63,858 nt of DNA, filler included, from Octopus bimaculoides (GCF_001194135.2; 4 parts of 3 records of this genome joined end to end with filler, not necessarily neighbours in it), one strand, 5' to 3'. Counted from the first letter of the whole stretch, positions 12,901 through 26,619 are shown. The notes: generated from the letters alone by a model not told the origin. Made by a program: numbers and translations.

Positions 12901-15704
12901 ACCTCGCCTCATGTCTTCCTAGGTCTACCTCTTCTACAGGTTCCCTCCGCATTTAAAGATTGGCACTTCTTTACACAGCTGTCATCATCCATATATCTTA
13001 CCCATATATATCATCATTTTTTTCTTTGTCCTTTGTTTTCTTTGTGCATAAGTTAACTGAAACTCAAGGCATTTCCCCTACTGTTGTGATCCTTTATCAT
13101 CTGGTACCCACAACAATAGAGAAAACCACATTTTGTATTGTTTTTGTATGTTTGTTTTTTTGTTTTTATAGCTGAGTGTCCTTTTTCCCACCAAACACTT
13201 TGTAGTGTGGACTGGGTGTATTTTTATCATGCTACTAACATGGTTGTCTACTGCTGGACTAAAGAGTTTCCACTATCTTGTATCAGATAGTATTTGAAGT
13301 TATTGCCCTCCCAGATGGCTTATTTTCAAAGAGAAACCTGCACTGTAGCTTGCACTGACAGTGTTTCTCCATTTCCTCTTACCTTATGAATGAATGAATA
13401 ATATTTACTTATAAGAGCAAGTTTCTGCAGAGTTTTACTATAATTACTGCTAACCTATTATTCTGAGGAAACTAAACCATATCTCCAATGCATATAATGG
13501 TAAAATGAGAAGAAAAATTTAGTGTCAACTGTTTACCTTTGAAGAATGTATATCTCCAAGCCATTAAGCTGTTTATGCTTTGTCTTTTCTATAGTAATGT
13601 TCATAATTTTTCACAACAACATAATTATTTTGAAATTATAATGCTGTATATCTATTGATCAACTTTCTCTCTTGCTCTATGGTTTGTTTGCTAAAGGTTA
13701 GAGTGGTGACAGGATAATGGATTAGAATACCAGCTCATGTTTGGATAGCTTGTGTCAAAAGCCTTGCTTCTATAGATGTTACTACCTATAAAAGACTCGT
13801 ATCTGAAGCTAAGCACAAGCTTTATGGATACCTTTTGCTCATAAAGATTTTATCATTTATATGGTTAAGCTTCTGTTTAGAACAAATACAGTTAATATCT
13901 CTTTTATACACACAGTTCTTTAAGTGTTGAGGTAGTGCCATAATGTATAATGAAAATTCTTAGTGTCATAGTTATTGTTTTCTATTATATTTATTCAGTT
14001 GATGCAACTAAAACCAGACAGAATTAAACATTTGTCTCTTTATTGATCTCCAACCAATAGCCTTTGCTCTGCTAAACATTGATGTATTCTCTACATTAAT
14101 TTTTGCTATTAAAAAAGTGATAACCTAATTACTAGAGAACCAAGCTGGTTGCCATAGCAGCTCTGTTTTTATTCACCTTTTTGTCATGGTTAACTTTGAT
14201 ACTTTAGGAGCATTTAGGTAAACATCAAGAAAAGCTGCACTTATGGTCTATTGTCATTTGAGGCTGACTATTCCACTCTCAGTCTTTCCAACTAAGGTCT
14301 ATTTAGTAAGTATGAATAAGATTATGCTTTGTTGAAGAGGTCTACTGAAATTGAGCTCCTCATTCCTCCCTACCAGCATTAAATTTTTCATCAATTTAGA
14401 TTTTGTAGTTATCTCCCTTGCCTGTGATAATGAATATTGTTTCCTTTTCCCTATATATGTAATTTTAATTGATTAAACATATATTTTAGGGGTTAATTAC
14501 ATTATGTTAACCTTCACGTCAGTAGAATTTTACTTAGAATAATCAATTAATTAGTTGGCTATGTTAGCTATTCATAGTTATGTGTATTTTTTCATTCTCA
14601 TAATCTGTTTTATATGATAATCATTATCTAGCCCTAGCCCAACTCTGATTAAGTATATCTTTCATCAAAAGCACTCCAATTCTGATTATTCTGTCTATTA
14701 ATATATCTAGGATTACATTGATAAATATGCCGTTCATTTTTAAGAAGGTAAGGTGGGATTTGAGATAATTTGGCTACTATTTCATGTAAGTTGAGCAGTT
14801 GCATGGAAAATTCCTTATATTTTGAATATACTATTACTTTCAGCTATATATAAGAAGTGTGCTGGAGGTTATTCTAGATTCTATGATATTAAGCAGTTTG
14901 AAAAACATCTATTCTACGAGTCACTCTGTTGCTCAGCACTTTTAAGAACAAATGGAAAATTCATTACTTGCAAAACAGGTAAGGGTTAGCAATGGGAAGA
15001 GCATTCAACTGTAAAACTATGCCTCTGTAATGTCTTCCTACAACTTATGCTATCAGGCGTTAAATAGATGAATGAATAAAACAATGACATTGAATAATCT
15101 CTGATAAAGCAAGAATCTATTATTCATGCATTTTCAAATTAAAAATGTTATTAAATTCTATTTTATATATTTTTTTATATTAGATAAATGTCAAAATTGA
15201 TTTTAGTTAAGGTTTTGATTACTTTTATTATATTCACTATAAAAACAAGGAAAAAAATCATTGAACACCAGAGCCTCTACATGGTTACTCAATGTGCTAG
15301 AAGTAGTAACCAAATTTTTCTCAAGTAATGCCATTTAAAACCAGGAAACATTAAACAACGAGTTCTAGATTACACTGTGTCTGAAAAAAAAGATGAGTTT
15401 GTGATGGTCTTTGAGTATAGACCTGTTTGATCAAAGCAGCACTAAAACTAAACAACCACAATAACAATTGGTCACTGGCAGTCATTGTCCATGAAATGAT
15501 TTGAAACTCTGCAGTTAATAGTTAATGAAAAACTTAAAATGACTAAAAACAAGCCAGTGAGGGAACATTTACACAGTTAATCATGCAAGCAGAAACAGCA
15601 GCCAAATGACCCTCAGATTACACTCTGTTGTCTTAAATTAAAAAAAAAAAGAGAAAGAGAAAGGAGATAGTGGATAAGATGCTGTAGTCTTATTTTAATT
15701 ATTT

Positions 15705-16085
15705 TTTATTTATTACTTGTTTCAGTTGTTTGACTGTGGCTATGCTGGGGCAGCGCCTTGAAGAATTTTTAGTTGAATGAATCAACTCTAGTACTTTTTT
15801 TTTTAAGCCTAGTACTTATTTTATCAGTCTCTTTTGCTGAACTGCTAAATTATGGTGATGTAAGCATCAACACCGGTTGTTAAGCAGTGATGGAAACAAA
15901 CACACACACACACATACATATGTATATGACAGGCTTCTTTCAGTTTCTGCCAACTAAATCCACTCACAAGGCTTTGGTTGGCCTGAGACTAATAGTAGAA
16001 AACACAAGACCAAGGTACCACACAGTGAAACTGAATATGGAGCCATGTGGTTGGGAAGCAAGCTTCTTACCACACAGCCATGCTT
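15705..16085 (-). mobile_element. CORE-type SINE, tail type A
   Basis: Reverse-complement match to the 5757 and 18325 copies. Confidence 0.8.
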
Positions 16086-16199
16086 GTGTCCAAAAAACAA
16101 CAAAAAACAAACACAGATGCTCAAAGCTGAAATGTTTTTCATTATATGTCTATATTATTTAACAGAGCTTTCTGTCTCTCCTGTGAGTGTGTGCAGGCA

Positions 16200-16870
16200 C
16201 CATATCACTATCAAATGAAAAAGGCTCTGTAGTCCTTCCTGAGACATTGACTCATAAGGCCAATTTCTCAGATCCTGTAGCATATATTCTCCTCCTGGAT
16301 GGGATGCCAGTCTATCACAGGATTACTAGTTTTTGCCAGCTGAATGTTGTTGGTTGTTGGCACTCTGTTGTTTACGATGTCGAGGATTCCAGTTGATCCA
16401 ATCAACAGAACAGCCTGCTCTTGAAATTAACGTGCAAGTGGCTGAGCACTCCACAGACACGTGTACCCTTAACGTAGTTCTTGGGGATATTCAGTGGAAC
16501 ACAGTGTGACAAGGCTGACCCTTTGAATTACAGGCACAACTGAAACAGGAAGTAAGAGTGAGAGAAAGTTGTGGTGAAAGAGTACAGCAGGGTTCACCAC
16601 CATCCCCTGCCGGAGCCTCGTGGAGCTTTAGGTGTTTTTGCTCAATAAACACTCACAACACCCAGTCTGGGAATCGAAACCACGATCCTATGACTGCGAG
16701 TCCGCTGCCCTAACCACTGGGCCATTGCGCCTCCACTGCTAGCTGAATAGACTGGGACAATTTGAAATGTAGTGTTTTGCTCAAGAACACAACACACTGC
16801 CCAGTCTAGGAATCAAGACCACAATCTTATGATCACGAGTGTAACACCCTGACCACCAAGCCACTTGTTT
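16200..16870 (-). mobile_element. Older SINE split by the 16346-16736 insertion
   Basis: tRNA-like head at ~16750-16870, body continuing at ~16200-16345 (gggatgccagtctatcacagg). The head resembles that of the 17770-18120 copy. Confidence 0.55.
16346..16736 (-). mobile_element. Young full-length tRNA-derived SINE with 12-bp TSD
   Basis: Minus-strand head gtggaggcgcaatggcccagtggttagggcagcgg (A box) and ggtttcgattcc (B box), with a (CAA)n-like tail. TSD tgccagctgaat (16334-16345) / tgctagctgaat (16737-16748). Confidence 0.85.
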
Positions 16871-17481
16871 CCACCCATATTACCAAACAAGGATAAATAA
16901 CATAAAATATGACGATCATTGATTACACTGCCTAGCATGGTTTTTGTCCTTGGGTAGCAAGGCTGTGATACTCCTCCACTACTCCTGCTCATGATCAGAG
17001 ATGCAGCTGGCAAGCAAATCTGTGATACTGAGCACAATATTTGCTATAATGATATTTCTGCTTCAGAAAACTCAGCACTGAATCTGTCTGAAATGTAATG
17101 GAAAATAGATCAGTTTGAAAACATTGATGTCCAGGTCACAAAAACAAAATTTGATGGGAATACATTTCTTTTAATTTCTAGATAGAAACAAATAGGAAAT
17201 AACACTTACTGACCAAAGACAAAAAAAAATTTAATTTTGTTACTCAACGTTATAATATTGAATAATTATTTTTAACACAAACATAGGCCATAGATTTTAG
17301 GGAGGGCCACAGTTTGACTTCTTGAGGGGTACATATTTTATTGATCCTGGAAAAGGGAAAGTGAAGTGGATCTTTACAGATAAAGTTTTAATAATAAATG
17401 GTAAATTCATAACCCATCTTAGAAAGGAAAGAATATATTTCCTAAATTGGTCTCAGGATATTAGTCATGTTATAGGCATAG

Positions 17482-17760
17482 ACAAGGGTGTGTGATTAAG
17501 GAGTTTGTTTTGAAATGAGATGATTTGGGGTTCAGTCTCACTGTGCAGCACCTTGAGAAAGTTTCTTTTACTATAGTCTTGGGCTGAGCAATGCCTTGTA
17601 GTGAATTTGGTGGTTGGAAAATGTACTGAAGCCCTTTGTGTTGTGTACATATATGTCTGTATGTACACCTTTGCATATGCATGTACACACGTATGTATAC
17701 ATGTGTGTATCATATTTGTGTTCCCCAACACTGTTTGGCAGTCAGTGTTAAATTGTTTAA
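17482..17760 (+). mobile_element. Diverged CORE-type SINE
   Basis: ggggttcagtctcactgtgcagcaccttgagaaa...gtgaatttgg matches the family head. Confidence 0.65.
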
Positions 17761-17769
17761 AAGGTAAAG

Positions 17770-18120
17770 AACCCCCTTTGGTCATGAATGACCATGGTAT
17801 TGCACCTAGAAAGTTACCCTCTGAGGCACAAATCCAGGCAAGGTTTTTATGGAAGACCAGCAGTCATCCATGCAAGACCAGCCTATATAGAAGACTAGCC
17901 TCCTTTTCTCCATGCCACTGATATTATCCAAGGGAAAGGCAAAGGATGATTCAGCTTAGCACAGGTGACATTGCAACTCATATCTACAGCCGAGTGAACT
18001 GATGTAATGTGAAATAAAGTGTCTTGCTCAATGACACAACACACAGCCCAGTCTAGGAATCAAACTCACTACCTCATGATTGCAAGCCTGATGCTCTAAC
18101 CACTGAGCTATATGCCTTCG
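17770..18120 (-). mobile_element. tRNA-derived SINE
   Basis: Minus-strand head (reverse complement of ctctaaccactgagcta, ggaatcaaactcac) and gtgtcttgctcaa core. Confidence 0.65.
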
Positions 18121-18324
18121 CATTTTAAATTTGTTAAATTGCTTATGCCCCATGATTTAGTATTTCAGCAAAAAAAGACCAATGTAATGTGTCAAACTTT
18201 AAAAGAAAAACTAAATGTCCATTTGATCAATGAAATCTTCAAGGCAGTCCACCAGCTTGGCAGCAAGTCCACAGTAAAAGAGAGAGAATCGGGTGAGAAA
18301 CAAAGTTGGCCTATACTCTTTTAC

Positions 18325-18550
18325 TTGTTTCAGTCATTTGACTGTGGCCATGCTTCAGCACTGCCTTTAGTCAAGGAAATCGACCCCAGGACTTATTCTT
18401 TAAATGCCTAGTACTTATTCTATCGGTCACTTTTGCCGAACCACTAAGTTACGGGGACGTAATCACACCAGCATCGTTTGTCAAGCGATGTTGGGGGGGA
18501 CAAACACAGACACACAAACATATACACACACATGCACACACACACACACA

Positions 18551-18590
<40 letters not shown>

Positions 18591-18762
18591 CATATATACG
18601 ACAGGCTTCTTTCAGTTTCCATCTACCAAATCCACTCACAAGGCTTTGGTTGGCCCGAGGCTATAGTAGAAGACACTTGCCCAAGGTGCTACACAGTGGG
18701 AATGAACCGGGAACCATGTGGTTGGTAAGCAAGCTACTTACCACACAGCCACTCCTGCGCCT
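18325..18762 (-). mobile_element. Young CORE-type SINE, tail type A
   Basis: Full head-to-tail copy that retains CpGs, unlike its neighbours. Confidence 0.85.
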
Positions 18763-19361
18763 ATGTGGAATTTAAGCTTTTTGCTATTAATCACTTGACC
18801 TTGTGGAAAGAAGAGGAACGGAAATGCTTACAGCCTCTCCCAAACTGGTGAGGTTGATAGAATTTATATTCAGGTTAAATTTCTTTAGGCTGAGGTCTAT
18901 AAAAAGTGTGTGTTCAGGAAAAAATTTTCAGTAAGCTGTAGTCCTGGCAATAAAATTGAATAAAATGTTTTGGTTGAGTTTTGACAGGGCAGATTACATG
19001 GGTAACTGCTGTATTCCTTGACAGGCAAGTCAAATTTTTCAGACTGAAATTCACAGCCAAAAGAAGATTGGTCTACTTATACTCCAAAATAACTATGGAG
19101 AACCCATGCTAGCATGGAAAGCAGACGTTAAACAATGATGATGATGATGAGAGAAAATTCCATGTGAAATGCAGAAGGATTTGGAAAGAAAGTAATGATA
19201 TTTGAATGCTTACATTACATGTTTACACTATAAACTATGTTGTCTTGTTTGCTGGAAAATACTTCAGTTTAAAAGAACAAACTATTGTAGTTGCAGTGAA
19301 AGAGACTATGAAATTATATGGCTCATACTGAGTGAAGTTTTTCCAAAAATTTGGATCAATT

Positions 19362-19364
<3 letters not shown>

Positions 19365-19400
<36 letters not shown>

Positions 19401-19485
19401 CTCTCTCTCTCTCCCCCTCTCTCCTGAGAGAGAGAGAGAGACGGGTGTGAGGACAGTATAGAATGCATCTTTGTGATCAGTAATG

Positions 19486-19557
<72 letters not shown>

Positions 19558-19793
19558 TTGTATCTCATACAAGGAGAGTAGTTGTTCAGAGCTGAAGCAC
19601 TCTCTGATTATGATAATGAAACCTATCTTTTGAGGATGGAGTTTTTGATGTGTTGTCATTATGAAAGTTCACTGGAGGTTGCGAAGCTAAACATTTTCTG
19701 AGTTTGTGAAGATTTTAGCTCTATATTGTTGGTGAGTATACACATATGCATATATGTATATGTACACATCTATACACACACACACAATATATA

Positions 19794-19828
<35 letters not shown>

Positions 19829-19841
19829 GTATGTATGTATG

Positions 19842-19925
<84 letters not shown>

Positions 19926-19935
19926 TATATATGAG
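19365..19935. repeat. Compound microsatellites (TTTC)n/(CT)n/(GA)n/(GT)n/(CA)n/(TA)n
   Basis: Directly visible. Confidence 0.9.
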
Positions 19936-20934
19936 AGAGAAATTTGTGAATGGTTCCTTGAAATGTGGAGTGACAGTGTCTTGGTGCAACTGAATGAGAC
20001 TAGGTTAAAAATATCCTCATAGAGGATGCTTTCAAACTCTCTATTTATAGGCCTCATGCAACTCAGGCATAAGGTGTCTGAGATGTGTGTGAATGACACC
20101 TATATACAGAGATTATTGAAGAGTGAAGTGTGATAGCATTCGCATTATAACATGTGGTTAGAATTAGAATTAACAGTGAGCAATTGTTAATGCATAGAAG
20201 TAAGATTATATAAGACACATAGCAAAACCTGTGATGTGTGTGTGTGTGGTATTTGTAGTAATAGTAGTAGTGATCATAGCATAAGCATTAGGAAACAATT
20301 TGAATCCAAAGTGGTGTCTTCTGTTACTGGTTTCAATCAATGGCTTGTAGCCATGAGGAGGTACTGCCTCCAGGCATTTTTAACCTATAATATGAGCCTC
20401 AGGTACTTTGTCTGTTACATATTTCATTATTGTATCATTTCCATTTCCATAATCCATGAAATGCAAAATAGATATTGGCACGAAAGAAGATAATTTAGTC
20501 AAACCTAAATACTGACAGAGCATCTCTGTTTGCTGATATGAATACACATGCACACACTCACACACATACTCACCTACACTCACTCACACAGGTTTCCACA
20601 CAGTTTTTATATACAAATTTTACTTAAAATTAATTAGTCAACAGAGGCTGTGGTAGGGGGCACTTATTCAAAATGTGGTACAGCAGGATTGACCCTGGAA
20701 ACACATGGTTGCAAGCAAACTTCTTAACCACGTAACCATATCTGTGCCCTTGTATTTTATAATTGCACTGATGACTACTTTGAAACATTTAAAATATAAA
20801 GTGGTTATCTTGAAACTGGTTTGATGTAAGCTGTGAGAATTATATTAATGCCACCAGAATAGTAAGTGTTTCATTATTGTGTCAGTAGCAAGTTAATTTC
20901 ATGTGCAAAAATATATAAATGTTAAAATCACTAT

Positions 20935-21130
20935 CATCAACATCATCATTTAACGTCCATTTTCCATACTGGCATGAGTTTGACAATTTGACAGGAGCTG
21001 GTCAGCTGAAGAGCTGTCCAGTTTCCATGTCTGTTTTGGCATGGTTTCTACTGCTGGATGCCCTTCCTAACACCAACCACTTTACAGAGTGTACTGGGTG
21101 CATTTACATGTCACCAACATGGGTGCTTTT
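20935..21130 (-). mobile_element. SINE or LINE-tail repeat ending in (GAT)n
   Basis: catcatcatttaacgtccattttccatactggcatg...ctggatgcccttcctaacaccaaccac. Confidence 0.75.
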
Positions 21131-22049
21131 TATGTAGCATCACAACACCCATGAGCCCACAAGATTAGGATTGTTCAAATATTTATTAAATTTGGAGATG
21201 ATAATTATATGAAAAAAAGTGATTACATAAACAAAATAAAGTTCATTGTATCAATACGTAAAAGAGAATAACAATTTCAATATACTTGCTTGTAAATGAA
21301 ATAAGTTGAGAATTCTAGAATTATGTTAAAGCTGACAGTAATGATAAGATGAATGTATCACAAAAGAAGTTATAAAATAAGCATTACAATAAATTAGATA
21401 AAAAAAAATGTCTCACTGCAATGAAGGGAAAGTAAGTGTAATGTGTTATTATTCAACATGTGTATCTGTCTAAATAGAATTACAATTGGGATATGATTAA
21501 TTAAAGAAGTATAATAAATTTTAGTTAGCATAACATTGATTTGGAGAATGAATTTTTTGAAAACGGCAGAATGATAGAGATTGTGTAAAATCATTTCAGA
21601 AATCTCTTATCTAAGTATAGTGTGTATGTACTGAAACAGGTGTGAATTTGTGTAAGTGTGGCTTTTCATGATGTGTACGTACATTATATGGTACATTGAA
21701 TTGTATACACTCATGGAAAATGGTGCAGATCGATTTTCATACAAGAGATGAGAAATATAAACTATATAAGCACGGTTGCCATGACAACAGAGAATTTATG
21801 TACTTTTCGAATTTTATTACTGTGCAAAAATGTGTCAATAACATGATAAAAAACAAACATGGTAACATGCTTCACATATTTAGCCATGCTGTAAAATAAT
21901 AAATGTTACCTTAGATTTGCCATCCATAAGATTGAACATGGAACCTGACAAAAACAACAAACAAATAGCTAACAACAGCTCAATATGTATTGTGCTCAAA
22001 TAAAGTAGAAGAACCATAACGCAACAAATTGGATTCGAAAACAAGCAAA

Positions 22050-22340
22050 GCTAAATAACATTATCAGATTTTGAAAATTGTTGGAGTGGAATTGGTTAGA
22101 GCAAGTCCATAGGATGAGTGACAGCTGGTTGGCCCCAAAAAAAAAAAAAAAAAAAAAAAAAGGGTGATTTATAGACTGGATTCCAAAGGGCCTGTAAATG
22201 AAACAAAGGTTGATGCTGAAAATGATAGAGAGCAGAAATGGATAAATTTGACAAAGATTGGAAATCAGAAGTCCAAATTGAAAGTTATGGCAAGAAAACA
22301 TTGGCTAGTTTTAATGATGGACATGCACAATGGAATGTAA
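22050..22340 (+). mobile_element. Degenerate RTE LINE 3' relic
   Basis: Fragments resembling WL..VHRM.DS.WP and .WIPKG of RTE ORF ends. Confidence 0.45.
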
Positions 22341-22481
22341 AAAATGGTAGGTTATTGTTGGTGAATGTTGTTGCTAATGTGGCAGGGACAGATGAGGTAT
22401 TGGATGATATTGTTTATTATTTCACTATGAAGTTGGACTTGAACTTTTTCAAATTATTGCTTGTTTCTTTTATATTTCCAG

Positions 22482-22560
22482 CTGGTATGGACCATTATTT
22501 GCAATTATTGCCCTCCTGTTTGTCACCTACATCTATATTGTGATCACTCTTTCAAGAAAG
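22482..22560 (+). CDS. 79-nt coding exon encoding TM5 of a putative cAMP-receptor-like GPCR: WYGPLFAIIALLFVTYIYIVITLSRK
   Basis: Acceptor tcttttatatttccag|C and donor AAG|gtaatc. Open frame with a ~22-aa hydrophobic stretch ending in SRK. Phase-compatible with exon 4194-4229. Neighbouring exons were not found in the window. Confidence 0.8.
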
Positions 22561-22924
22561 GTAATCCATATTTTACAATTTTTGAAGTGTGTGCACACTT
22601 GTGTGTGTTTGTGCACATGCAAATACTATAAAATCTTAAATTAAAATCATTTCTAAATTGTATATTTCATCAAAATTATTGCTATCTTATCCCATATTTC
22701 TTAATTTGGAGTAAATTTTTCCCTAGAAGGGCATTTCAGATTTCAAGGGAAAATTTTCTAACAGGAAAACAGAAAAATTCTTTATCATATTTCCCACTGT
22801 TTTTGCTAGATTTATTTTTTTATTAATGTTGATTTAAGATTTGCTCATAATAAATGAATATAAAAACTGTTAATGTTATGCAATACTTAGTGTTCTCAAC
22901 AACATAGTTCCAGCTTAGCTTCAT

Positions 22925-23072
22925 TCTCACTATGTTACACCTTAGGCAAATGTCTTCTGCTAAAAACCCTGGTCAGAGTGAATTTGGTAGTCAGAAGCTG
23001 AAAGAAGCCCATCGTTTGTGTGTNNNNNNNNNNGTGAATTTGGTAGTCAGAAGCTGAAAGAAGTCCATCGTT

Positions 23073-23118
<46 letters not shown>

Positions 23119-23187
23119 AATTTGTTGTGATATTTGGATTTTCTTTTGTTAAATAAAAGTTCATCTAAATATTTCTCTGGCATTTAT

Positions 23188-23227
<40 letters not shown>

Positions 23228-23450
23228 ACTTTATGTTTGTGTTTGGCCTTCACCACTGCTTGTCAACTGGTGTTGGTTTATTTATATCCCCATTGCTTAG
23301 TGGTTCAGCAAAAAGAGATTGATAGAATAAGTACTAGGCTTAGAAGCAAAAACAGTACTGGGATCTATTTGTTTGACTAAACTCTTCAAGGTATTGCCCC
23401 AGTATGGCTGAGATCCTGTGACTAAAGCAAGTAAGAGATAAGATAAAAGA
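22925..23450 (+). mobile_element. CORE-type SINE, tail type A, with an assembly duplication across the 10-N gap
   Basis: caccttaggcaaatgtcttc core and tail motifs. About 45 nt repeated on both sides of the gap at 23024-23033. Confidence 0.7.
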
Positions 23451-23529
23451 TCTCTTACAAAAAAAGCATTGCTTTACATGTTGTGCCAAACATCTACACC
23501 CAAAAGCCTTGCCAACTTTCTACTTCTAA

Positions 23530-23723
23530 CCCTTTTGATACCAACCTGCCTGAGACTGCTCCAAGTTCAATAACATAAACTTACTGGTCTAAATTATAAT
23601 TTTCTATCAAAATTTTATAAGTTGTTCCAGGCCTCAGCTTAATAATTACAAAATTCTTCATGATTTTAAAAATTAATTGTAACAAAGGCATCATATGTTA
23701 ACAGAAATATGGCAACAAAAGAG
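23530..23723. mobile_element. Possible piggyBac-type MITE
   Basis: ctaa|CCCTTTTG ... CAAAAGAG|ttaa termini. Confidence 0.45.
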
Positions 23724-24274
23724 TTAAATGATTTGAAGTCTTTTTCCTTCAAATTGTAATTACTCAATAAACACCCTGAACTAACCTCTTTCTGCAGACA
23801 GAAAAGTTTACAAATGCTGAAATATTTAAAACCCTTTACCCTTTTCATATAGGTAACCCCTCCATTTCCACATACCCATTACTCTCCTGAACCTCACCTA
23901 AAAATCTCTCATACATTATTATTCCTACATTTGTGTTTTAAAAATCAAATCCAGTTTATATCATTGTGTCTATGTTTTATACTTTTTCAGCTTTGTTTAA
24001 TTTTAATATGCTTCCATGTCTGTCGACTGATACTTATTGAATATATTTATTTAGCTGCTTCTGAACTAACACATAGCTATTGATGTGTTTTTGTACTTGT
24101 ATATACTTGTGAATGATTAATCATTAGTAAATACATTTGGAAATGTCTTTAGGCACACATCTATCACCACACATATACAGTTGTGCATTTATCTTGTTGT
24201 ATAGTGGGTGATATATTTATAAGTGTGAATGTATGTATGTATCTGTTTTTATATTATTTATATATCACTGTGTG

Positions 24275-24305
<31 letters not shown>

Positions 24306-24351
24306 GTATACATATGTGTGTGTGTGTGGCAGCAGTGCGTATTGTACACTG

Positions 24352-24975
24352 GAAATAGATTCTCTTAAATGCTTGGATGGCTCATCAGAAGTAGTTGACA
24401 GCTTTTGTTACCTAGGAGATATGATGAGCAACAGAGGTGGTTGGTCTGGAAGTATAGTGGCCAGGGCGAGACCAAGCTGGAGAAAGTTCAAGGAGCTACT
24501 ACTGCAGTTTGTAACAATGGTCTCTTTCCCTCAGAGTGAAGGGCAGATTGTATAATGCTTGTGTTAGAACTACAATGCTGCATGATAGTGAGACATAGGC
24601 CTTGAATGCAGAGAACTTGAGAAGTCTGGAAAGAAATGAAGTAAAGATGCTCTGTTGGATGTGCACTGTTAATGTACATGAACAACATAGTACAAATGTG
24701 TTTAAAGAAAAACTGAATTTTAGAGAAATCAGATGTAGTGTACAAGAAAGAAGACTGTGCTGGTATGGTCATTTGATTCATATGGATGAAGACAGCACTA
24801 TAAAGAAATACCACTGAATGTGGATGGAGCACATGGAAGAGGGGAGAAACCCAGGAAGACATGTGCTGATGTGAAGGCCGATCTCAAGACCTTGATCCTC
24901 ATAGCGGAAATGATAAAGGAATGGGATGATTGTCAATGTTTGGTTCTTGAGAAGACTCATCCACCCAGAAGCACT
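24352..24975 (+). mobile_element. 5'-truncated RTE LINE, 3' portion of ORF
   Basis: EVVDSFCYLGD...WRKFKELL, RVKGRLYNACVRTTMLHDSET, and ERRLCWYGHLIHMDED. Confidence 0.9.
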
Positions 24976-25839
24976 GTTTGTGTATATACATGTACAACTG
25001 GGCCCATCACCCAATTTCTTCCTTGAATTCCCACTACCACCACCCATCATCTCTATAACTGTAGCTCTTCCTTGGTACCACCTATCTTTCTTACTATATC
25101 CGGAATCATTTCATTTGTTATCCCACTCTTCATTCATTAATACTGTTCTCCCCACCCACACACATCACCACTATTTGTGTCTTTTTCCAGCTCCACCAGT
25201 CACACTGATCATCCCACTACACACACAACTGAGCCACTTAATTATCTCCCCCCCCCCACTCACCATATGTCTCTCACTTTTTTCCTGTACAACACCTACC
25301 TATTTTCCCCAGCCCCCACACTCCTGCAACCTACCTGACCACATGTCATCTCTCTCTCTCTCTCTCTCTCTCTTTTCCCCTTCTGTCTCCTGTATCATCA
25401 TTGTTGTCCTGCTGCTCTTCCATACTTTCTTCAGCACCTTCTACCTCCTTTAACACATGCATCATTGGTCATCCCTCACCTTATCCACCATTCAGCACAT
25501 CCACCCTTCCTTTAACCTTACCCAATCTTTACAGATGTTGCCTAGCTCTCCCTATCATCCATTGCCCCATTTCTAACTCTCCCATACTCCTGCAACCTCC
25601 ACCCACCCACCCACAATCCTGGTTCCTCTGTCTCTACTCTCTTCCACTTACTTTGTACCTTAACAGTTCACCCAGACACATCATCACCACTAGTTTTATC
25701 TCTTTCCAGCTCCACCACTCACTCTCACCCTCTCTTCTGAAATGTGTGTAACCATGTAGCTCTTCTTCAGCGAAAAACACCTGCTTTGCTCATACTTTAA
25801 ACCCACATCTTCTATCATTTTCTATGCCTCTCCATTTCC

Positions 25840-26080
25840 CCATTGGAATTTGTAGTCTTGCATGCTGCATGGCAACCCCATTAGTGCTGGTGGTACAAAA
25901 AACAAAAAAAAACAACAAAAAAACATGTAAAGCTGTAAAGTGGTTGGCATTAGGAAGGGCATCCAACCATAGAAACCATGTCAAAGTCGACAGTCTTTGA
26001 ACCCATTGGATCCTGTCAAACCATCCAACCAAGGCCAACATGGAGCATAAATATTAAATGATGATGATGATGAAAGCAGT
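25840..26080 (+). mobile_element. SINE or LINE-tail repeat ending in (GAT)n
   Basis: gtggttggcattaggaagggcatccaacc...catggagcataaatattaaatgatgatgatg. Confidence 0.75.
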
Positions 26081-26619
26081 GGTAGTGGTGATGATGATGA
26101 TGTATATTATATATGTATATAAGCAAGCTTGTGTACATATATGTATCTGTATATGATCTGTAATTGTATGTTTGTAACACTCATGTTCACATACATAATT
26201 CATGTAGTTTTTTTTTTCACACTCTCTTCATCATTATTACATTGTACATAATATTACACGACTATATGCAACAATAATATGATCATATATTATATTATGC
26301 TATTGCAAATTATATTACACCTTAGTATATAATATTACAATGTGTTTATACTTTAACTTTTTTTTACACATATACAAAAGCTGCATCTATTCCTTTCATC
26401 TTTATTGAATAGCAATTGTCTCCCTTCAGCCAAAACCCAAATATCTTACAAATATTTGTATCACAACCATCTCTGAATTTATAAATTATGAAATTGTGCA
26501 AACACTTACAAAGAACCAAACTGCTGTTTTTCATTTAACATTAATGTTACAAATTATTCTAAACCTTAATATAATTCATATCCCCCAAATTAGAACTGAA
26601 AAAAAATCATCATCACCAT

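Noticed and set aside
16660-16736. tRNA-like sequences (also 60542-60630 and other SINE heads)
   Set aside because: They are SINE heads with A/B boxes continuing into SINE bodies, not standalone tRNA genes.
22978-23080. ~45-nt direct repeat flanking a 10-N gap
   Set aside because: Typical unmerged contig overlap inside a SINE.
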